NCBI RefSeq assembly: GCF_009914755.1
Contig: NC_060944.1
Direction: 5' to 3' (one strand)
From: the human T2T-CHM13v2.0 reference genome, Homo sapiens
DNA length: 64,000 nt
Both the position numbers and the translations under genes were made by a program. Below are positions 53,900 to 64,000 of this stretch, piece by piece. Below the pieces are notes generated by a model. It had not been told where the DNA came from, searched no databases, and was given only the letters and a program-made list of their open reading frames with translations. Each line of letters opens with the position of its first letter. Within the stretch, counting starts at the first letter, position 1.

Positions 53900-54540
53900 A
53901 CAGATTAAACTCTTACCCAACAAAACAGAGCTACCGGAAGAGACAGATGACAACTTGAATGTAAAAAGCAACAAGAGCATCTCTGTTGATTCAAGCACGA
54001 CACAAAAGAGAGTGTCTGGAAATAGGCAATTCAAAGCATTGATTGAAGGAGAAGATGGTCACTGCTGAGACATGAGGTTTAGACTGACAAGTAGAAGAGA
54101 TGTCTCAAAACCTATGCAAAAATATAAAGAGAGGAAAGTCATAGGGGAAAAAGAGACTTAACATGCAAAATAAGGGAGTGTCAGAAGAATAAAAAGGAAC
54201 AGATGGCGGGCAGAATTTAACAAATAATAGATGATAATTTCCTTGAGCTAAGGACCTGAATAGACAGCTTAAAAAAATGTCATTAAGTTCAGGGCAGGAC
54301 TGTTTAAAAAAAAAAAAAAAAAGACACACCTAGGCATATCCTGAAAAATTTTTCACTCTTAGAATAAAAAAAGTCTCTTACATATTTCCAGGAAAGAGAG
54401 AATATTAATGGGCTGATTTGAAAAAAAAAATAAAAAATACTTATGTAGGCATATCCTAGAAAATTCCTTAATTCTAAGAATGAAAAAAACTCTTATATAC
54501 TTCCAAGAAAGAATGAGAATACCAATGGGCTTATTATCTA
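53900..54540 (+). mobile_element. Degraded HAL1 / L1 ORF1-like sequence
   Basis: A-rich plus strand with gataatttccttgagctaagg and agacacacctaggcatatcctg. Confidence 0.5.
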
Positions 54541-54561
54541 AAAACCTGAAGTTTAAATAAG

Positions 54562-54975
54562 TACAGTCCTGCAGTTGACTTAGGTCTGAGTGTGGTGGCT
54601 GACGGGCAATGGCAGGCCACTCCTCCTGAGAACAGCCCACAGTTATCCAGAGAGTGCTCACAGCCTCATGCAGCGGGGCCTGCGGTGTTATGCCTTTCTT
54701 TGGGGATGGTCTCAGCTAATGACTTATTGAAAAATGGTAATAAAAGTCAGAATTGCTATCTCCAGGTGAGACAACCCCATGGTGCCATTGATACTCCATG
54801 GTCTCAGGCTCAGGCTAGACTGGAACTGAAACCACAGCTCTGTCCATAATATTCTTCAGCACTCTCCTGCCTACCTTATTCTGTCACGGGTGCCTCCTGA
54901 GACATCTCCCTCAGTAAGTCACTTGCAGAAGAATCCCCATCTGAGGTTCTGCTTCTAGCAAGCCCAGCCTGAAAG
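54562..54975 (+). mobile_element. LTR16-family ERVL LTR
   Basis: ctccctcagtaagtcacttgcagaagaatccccatctgaggttctgcttctag. Confidence 0.7.
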
Positions 54976-55159
54976 GAAAGGACTGGGAAACCTATACTCA
55001 ACCACGATATAATTCACTCATTAGCAAAACCAAAACCAAATATATACGTGATTATATGTTAGATTTAAGAAAGCAAAACATGATCATATATTACAGTTAT
55101 CTCTAACCATTTTAGAGGTAATGCTAGTCAAGACTTTATCCAAATAACAGATGATCTAG

Positions 55160-55353
55160 ATCTTCCCTTTCAATATGGTACCCACTAGACATATGTGACT
55201 ATTTAAATTAAAATTAATTAAAATAAAATCAAATCAAAAATTCAATTCTGAGTCATCCTCAACATATTTCCAGAGCTCCATATCTCCATGTATCTGGTAG
55301 GTACCCTAGTGGACATTTACATGATCACAGAAAGTTCTACGGAATAGTGCTAA
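55160..55353 (-). mobile_element. MER3-type MITE
   Basis: Same pattern as 298-488, flanked by atctaga. Confidence 0.7.
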
Positions 55354-55420
55354 TCTAGACATTGACCTCAAGATGAAGTAAACATGAGGAGGAGGGGGAA
55401 ACTTGTTAATTCAGTTAATT

Positions 55421-55760
55421 CAGGGGTGTCCAACCCGCGGGTCATGGACCCATACCCGGAGTGTCTGTTGACTGTTGGGAAGCAGGGAGCACAGCAGGAG
55501 GTGAGTGGTGGGCCGGTGAGCATTACCAGCTGAGCTCTGCCTCTTGTCAGATCAGCAGCGACATTATATTCTCATAGGGTTGCAAACCCTATGGTGAACC
55601 AAGCATGTGAGGGATCTAGGTTGTGTGCTCCTTATGAGAATCTAATGCCTGATCATTTGAGGTGGAACACTTCCATCCTGAAACCATCCGCACCCCTGTC
55701 TGTGGAAAAACTGTCTTCCACAAAACCAGTCCCTGGTGTCAAAAAGGTTGGGGACTGCTG
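55421..55760 (+). mobile_element. MER1B hAT-Charlie element
   Basis: caggggtgtccaacc...ccttatgagaatctaatgcctgat...aaggttggggactgctg. Confidence 0.9.
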
Positions 55761-56249
55761 TGTTAAGCAACACACCTGGTGTGTGCTCAGTCTGTATCTC
55801 TCTCTCTGTTTCTCTCTCTCTTTATTGAATTAATTCTGAATGGATAAGTAAGACTGTCTAGGAATGATGTGTTATAAAATTGCTAAATAAGGGCTCTTAA
55901 AACACAATATGCAGAAAATTCTAATAATAATTTAGTGCTGTATGTATAAAATGAGTCCGTCAACATCTAGGAGTTAGGGAAATAAAAGTATTTCAAAGTC
56001 TCTGTGTCACAAGGAGTGGAGAAAGGGAAGAAGAGGAATGGAAGACATTTTTCTAATTGTCTCATCTTATTGGAATCAGAAATAGGGAGGACATATTGCA
56101 TTTTGTGGGGAGAGATACAGTTAATATTATTGGGGGAGTGAGTTGGGAGTTTGTTGAAAAATATAGTAAAAAGGGAAGGTATCTGATCACAACAGCACAG
56201 AAAGTGGAGAATCCATTAGTGGAATGGAACAGTGGAAACTCCAAGTTAA

Positions 56250-57150
56250 TAAAGGAGAGGAACAGAATGAAAAGCAACATGATCAAATCAGCAAGAAATA
56301 AGGAAGAGGAGAAAATAAAAATGTACATTAAATAAAGCATTAAGTAATAGGGAAGAAATGAAATCAAGTAGATGAGTTATGATACTAAATATAAATGTAC
56401 CAAATTATTGTACCAAATTCCAATAAATGTCAGACTGAATAAAGACAAAACAACATAAAACTAAACAACTATATGCTGTTTATAAGACAATGCTTACAGA
56501 TACCCAAATAAAAGTACAGTATTAGACTAAGATAGGTACAAACAAAGAGAAATCAGGTTTGAAAGTATAAGACAAGGGGGCATTTAAAGTTAAATGCATT
56601 AAAGAAACTCTTAGTAATGCAAGAATTCTCGCAAAACAACAGGAAAGTTGACAAAGGATTTGAATATGCAATTCACCAAATGAATGGTCCAACAGTTAAC
56701 AAGATATGAAGAGATGCTCAAACACAATAGTGAAAAGAGAGGAAATAAAAACCACAATGAAATCCTCCTTAGACCTGCAAATATTCAGTTTATAATACCA
56801 GGGCATGGTGAGAATGTAAGGTGTGCAACCTTGTGCTTTACTGGTGGGGAGTACACTGGTACCGTCATTCTGGAGAGCCATCTGTCAGTACTTACTAAAT
56901 TCAATGGTACATACGCTTTATGATCCAACAATCCCACTTTAGGGTCATGGTATGTCTTGTAGTCAAGACAATTTTAACCCAATGCTGAATATGAGGTCCA
57001 ATATTAGACAATAAAATATTGTAAGAAAAACATAGGAAAATCACAATTCTAGAGAAAGACTTAAACATACTTATCTCAAAATTTGGCAGAAAGAGTTTTT
57101 GCTATAAAAATAAGTAAGGCATAGGAGAACTGTATCAGAAAATGCAACTT
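56250..57150 (+). mobile_element. Highly degraded L1M ORF2 fragments
   Basis: caactatatgctgtttataagac; aaaaccacaatgaaat; tatgatccaacaatcccacttt. Confidence 0.6.
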
Positions 57151-57949
57151 TTGTCCAGTCCTATAGAAATTTTAGCCTGTCTTGGTTATCAATATCTCAG
57201 TCACTGACATACTCAGTTTCACATCTCAGCAAGCACTGACATCATGCCTAGCCCATGACGGGTATTCAATAATGCTGAACAAATTGAATGTTGAATACCT
57301 AAAAAAGGTATGGATATGGTGAATACCTTAGAAAAGAGTAGAATTTGTACACTTGGAAGGTACTTCTAGAAAGATTTTTATGCCATGTCCAGGATGGGGT
57401 AGAAATATTATAAAGGTAACAGAATTTCTTCCAACTTATCTGTTTTCTTGAAATTAAGGTTCATGTTTTCTCCTTACCTCTCTGTCTTATAATGTGCTAG
57501 TGTTCCCATTATACCCTTGACAAGTCACAGCGATCTCAAACACAGCTCTTTGCTTTGTGGAAAGGCCCTGGCTCTGGAGTCTCCTGAGCTGGGTGGAGCA
57601 CGCCTCAGCTCTGCTATTTGAGAGTTGTGTGACTGTTGGTGAGTCCTTTGGGTTCTCTGAGCCTCAGATCACCCAGTCTGTAAAAGAAGGATAATACCTA
57701 CCTCACAGGGGCTTAGATGGGGTAATGTGTGTTCAAATATGTTACTAACTATGAGCCCCAGTCCTACATCCCAAAGTGAGTTCGCATCTCACAGAAACAA
57801 ACAAACAAATTATGAATCTGTTATAAGCAATTAAGTAAGGATTCTTCACATTGGTTTGTGGGCAACAGAACTTTATAACTGGGCATAAAATAGATGCGGG
57901 CCATTTACATCTACAAGTAGCCATTCATGAAGGTTAAAAAAGTATTATT

Positions 57950-58128
57950 ACTACCACTACCACCACTGCCACCACCACATCCACCAGCCATCTCCACTGA
58001 CATCACTGTCTCCACAGCTTCCACCACCACCACTTCCACCACCTTTAACCACCTCCATCACCTCCAAACCACTTCCTTCTCCACCATCAATGACCTCCAC
58101 CACCTTCATAAGCTCTAGCTTCAACACC
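57950..58128. repeat. Degenerate (CAC/CCA)n low-complexity tract
   Basis: Direct reading of the sequence. Confidence 0.85.
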
Positions 58129-58462
58129 ATCTCCTTATATTTGATAACTCCTTCATCCTGATGTTCTCACTCTCTGCCCGGACACCCTCTCATTTGACTT
58201 GATTCATGCTAGTTTAAAGCTAATGGAAGAATAATCCATTGAGGATCTACCCTTAATTGAAGAGCTAACTTCAAATATGAGCCACTTTCTACAACGCTGT
58301 GCCAAGAAGCTATGCGCCATGCTGGGTAGTCCCCTCACATCTTCCCTTGCTACACCACGCCCATGGATGGTGTAGGGCATAGTGCTGTGCACGGGTTTTT
58401 GGTGTGAAGTTATCAAAAGTAAGACTTTTTTGAATTTCACAATGATTTTTATTTGTCTTCAT

Positions 58463-58643
58463 ATTTTTTTCTTTTCTTTTTCTTACGGAGAAGGTCTTGC
58501 TATGTTTCTCAGGCTAGAGTACAGTGGCTATTCACAGGCACCATCCTAGCTCACTGCAGCCTTGAACTCCTGAGCTCAAATGATCCTCCTGCCTCAGACT
58601 CCCCAGTAGCTGGAACTACAGGTGCATGCCACTGTGCCTGGCT
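58463..58643 (-). mobile_element. FAM (fossil Alu monomer)
   Basis: Retains the 7SL-derived TGTGAATAGCC segment (ggctattcaca on plus), which FRAM and the Alu right arm lack; TSD tgtcttcat. Confidence 0.85.
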
Positions 58644-59216
58644 CTGTCTTCATTCCTTCCCTGTGTTCTCCTAGCTTTGCTGGTTGCTGACAATTTATAG
58701 GCTTGTCAATTCCTTGGCTTTATTTTTATTCATTAACTTGAAAATCTGAAGCGCAGCTGATGGGTTAAAAAATAGTTTCCTGTTTTAGGCTCACTGTTTC
58801 CAAAATCAAATCAGTGACAAAACCATGAAGATCATAGGATTTGGAAGGTGAAAAATCATAGCATTCAGGACTGCAGGTGCCACCAGCTAATTGGGCTCAC
58901 TGGGCTCTGAAACTGCAAGGTAAGAATATAAATAGGCCAAATAACTATGGGTAGTAATTGTGGATTCAAAGACTCGACCTTTACATAAAACAATGGAGTT
59001 TCTTACCCGTTTGAAGACAATGAAATTATCAATAAAAATAAACTAACAATCAACATAAATTTCCAACAATAAGAGGGTTTTAAAATTATGGCACATCTGT
59101 AGAATTCTAATGTGGACACTTAAAATAATATTGCAAATCCAAAACAAACAAAAACAGAAAAAGAAAAAAAAGAAAAATAATAAAAATAATCTTGCTGTCA
59201 AAAGGAAACTAAGTTC

Positions 59217-59745
59217 ATAGTTTCCAAACCATATGCCAAGGTACCCCAGGGAACTAACTGCAGCGAACTTACAATGCTGTGGCAGGCTATTTTAAAATTT
59301 TGAAGGCAACAACGATATTTAACTTGTGAGACACCTTCTAAATTACTAGTGCATCTTTCAACATTAGATTGCACTACATGTATTTTGATGACATCAAATG
59401 TAAAGCAGTGTATCTGGCAGTTGCCATGACCAAAAACAAACAAACAAAAAGTCCTGTGTGAAAATCAATGTGGAACAGGAAATGAGGGTGAGGGTGTGGT
59501 ATCCAACCTGGTTCCAAGGTTGGAGAAGTGAGGCGGTGTCCAGCAGGCCTGCACATTTCACCAGTGTTTCAGAATGAAATATAAGTATTTTGCAAATTTC
59601 AATTTACATGTATTTGTTGTTATGCCATACTTACAGTTTGGACTGAATTACCTAATAAATGGAATGGCTTTTATTTTTATTTATTTTTTTTTCTAGGAGG
59701 TGCTGTGACAAGTTACTGAGAACCAAGAAACTTTGGTAACCCCTG
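59217..59745 (+). mobile_element. Charlie4/MER80-like hAT element with a transposase C-terminal remnant
   Basis: aaaatcaatgtggaacaggaaatgagggtg = KINVEQEMRV; ends ...tttccaaac / tttggtaacccctg. Confidence 0.7.
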
Positions 59746-60482
59746 AAATTTGGTGAAAAAATGAAATCAAAACTGTGTAAATACAGTCAACAATCTCACC
59801 CTTTCGTGTATGTGTACGCACATGTGTCTGTGTTAAAATGGTGTAAAAAATACACCAAAATTCAAAATTCAAAAAAAAGACAGGTCTTTATTTTTTTCTC
59901 CAGTTTTCTAATTTTGCTAAGCTGCCTATGATGAATACTCAGTGCTCTCAAGTGGTAAAAACATAAAAATGAAAGGTTTTTAGAAATAACTCTCAAAGGA
60001 AGCACATTTTCTTCTATAGATAAAAATATCTGCTAAACATACCACAGGGTTTCATTTCTAGAGAAGGTTTATCACATTCAGCTGTTTCTCCAGCTTTCTG
60101 CTCTAAGCTAAGTGGGATCTGGCTTTAGGACATGGAGATTTGACGAAAGCTATTTCCTCATGCACCTCTCCTTAGTGTTGTTTAAAAAGTGCTCCTTTTC
60201 CCCACCCCTACAGACTTCAGAAAGTGAACTTGGCTTGGGGTTTCCAGCCAATGAGGTTTCCAGCCTCACAGCTCACATGTCCTGCAAAGATGCTGCTGAC
60301 CCATGAGGCGGGAGGTGAGGGCTGCTAATGTCAGATGCTGCTGCAAGTAGTCATTGCTCTGCCTCCTGCTTCATGGTAGGAGCAATGGCCTGCAGCACTG
60401 CAGCAGCCTGCAGGTTTCAGGTGAAAGATACCACTGGAAGCCTGCCCTTAGAAACCTCACACTTGAATGCACCCACAAGTGA

Positions 60483-60842
<360 letters not shown>

Positions 60843-61590
60843 TAAGAACTCTGAGAACTCACACTTGTACGGTTTAGAGAGTTACATATAAATTATTCCA
60901 AATGGTATTCCTAAAATGATGAAGACATACATGTATAATTTTTGTTTTATTAATTGAGAGAGAAAATCTCAAAATATTGTTCTCTTCTTAAAAAAGGGAA
61001 TTTTCATTATACTTTGTACATGTGACCATTTGGTTTGATTCATTTTTTATTTCTTGACTGCTAATGTTTTAATGTATTAAGCTATTCAATCCTTACTCCA
61101 GCCCTATGAGGTAGTACTGTTATATCCACTTCTAACAGATGAGGAAACAGAAGCTCACAGAGGTTAAGTAACTTGCACTAGGTCATATAGCTGGAATATG
61201 AAGAATCAAGATTTTTTTATTTATCTTGGGTGGTTTGGCTCCAGAGGGCTCTTAAGCAATACATTGTCACTGCCTCTTTGTAAAGTTACTATTTGTTTAC
61301 ATAGGGATATTCATTCATTAGGTATGAATATAAGACTATACTCTTCCATAAAATCCAAAGTTACATCTCCAAATTTTGTAGGAAGTATAGTCATTTTGTT
61401 CTCAAAGCTTTCATAACAAAATATTTATACTTCTGTTATAACATTATGTTTTCATTTGTCTTTACAATTCTTTCTCCCTCACTAGACTGTGCACTCTGTG
61501 AAGGTGAAGACCAAATACTGTTGTTTTTTCTCTCAGAACATAGTAGGTGCACAATAAACATCTGTTAAGGAAATGAAAGCTGATATTATA

Positions 61591-61965
61591 CTGATAGCAG
61601 TTGCCACCGGTGCTGTGCCTTTATCCCCTCAGTCCACCCCAGAGGCCACCTGCAGAAATTTCCTATCCATGCTGAAGGTTCCCTGAGTCTCTCTACCACA
61701 AGGTGTCCTCTGGCTGTTGGGGAATGCATGGCCAAGTGTGGAGTTGCCAGGAAATTAACTCCTGGGAGCAACGCACAACCAAGAAAGCTTGGAGTTGGTG
61801 GGTAGATGTCCCAACTTCCTTGCTCCTTGCTGGGCTACTTGTGAGGTGTGCTCCACGTGATCTCAGAGCATCCCTGGCACAACTGAGTCGGCTTGCCTAT
61901 GGGGTTGCCTGTTCATCAACAAACCAGGCTTCTTCTCCTTTCTGGCCTCAGTACCCCATTCCCTC
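61591..61965 (+). mobile_element. LTR16-like ERVL LTR (3'-truncated)
   Basis: ccaggaaattaactcctgggagcaac...ggagttggtgggtagatgtcccaacttcc. Confidence 0.55.

Positions 61966-64000
<2,035 letters not shown>

Noticed and set aside
59217-59745. Domesticated or active hAT transposase
   Set aside because: Only about 10-30 codons of C-terminal remnant in an internally deleted, frameshifted element.

Overview
Human genomic DNA lying entirely inside PAK5 (PAK7, group II p21-activated kinase), which is transcribed on the minus strand. The only coding sequence I can support is one large internal exon (13049-13834, 786 nt, phase 0-0, canonical AG/GT). It encodes the non-catalytic linker [11 protein letters not shown]...EPTMCIPK, about residues 69-330 by my recollection of the protein. 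The rest is intron and is dense in transposable elements: Alu J/S/Y plus FAM/FRAM/FLAM monomers, L1PA/PB/MB/MC/ME, L2, MIR, MaLR/ERVL/ERV1 LTRs and hAT-Charlie MITEs, often nested. Subfamily names and boundaries were assigned by eye from remembered consensus sequences and are approximate. I found no evidence for a new multi-gene system, RNA gene, CRISPR array or foreign insert. The best leads are testable hypotheses: a 20-bp minisatellite forming a phased array of CCAAT boxes; a symmetric, stop-free giant exon with a weak donor (skipping, circularisation or intronic polyadenylation); a TSD-bracketed L1 lacking nearly all of ORF2; a twin-primed mini-L1; a strong CTCF motif; and a candidate Alu poison exon.
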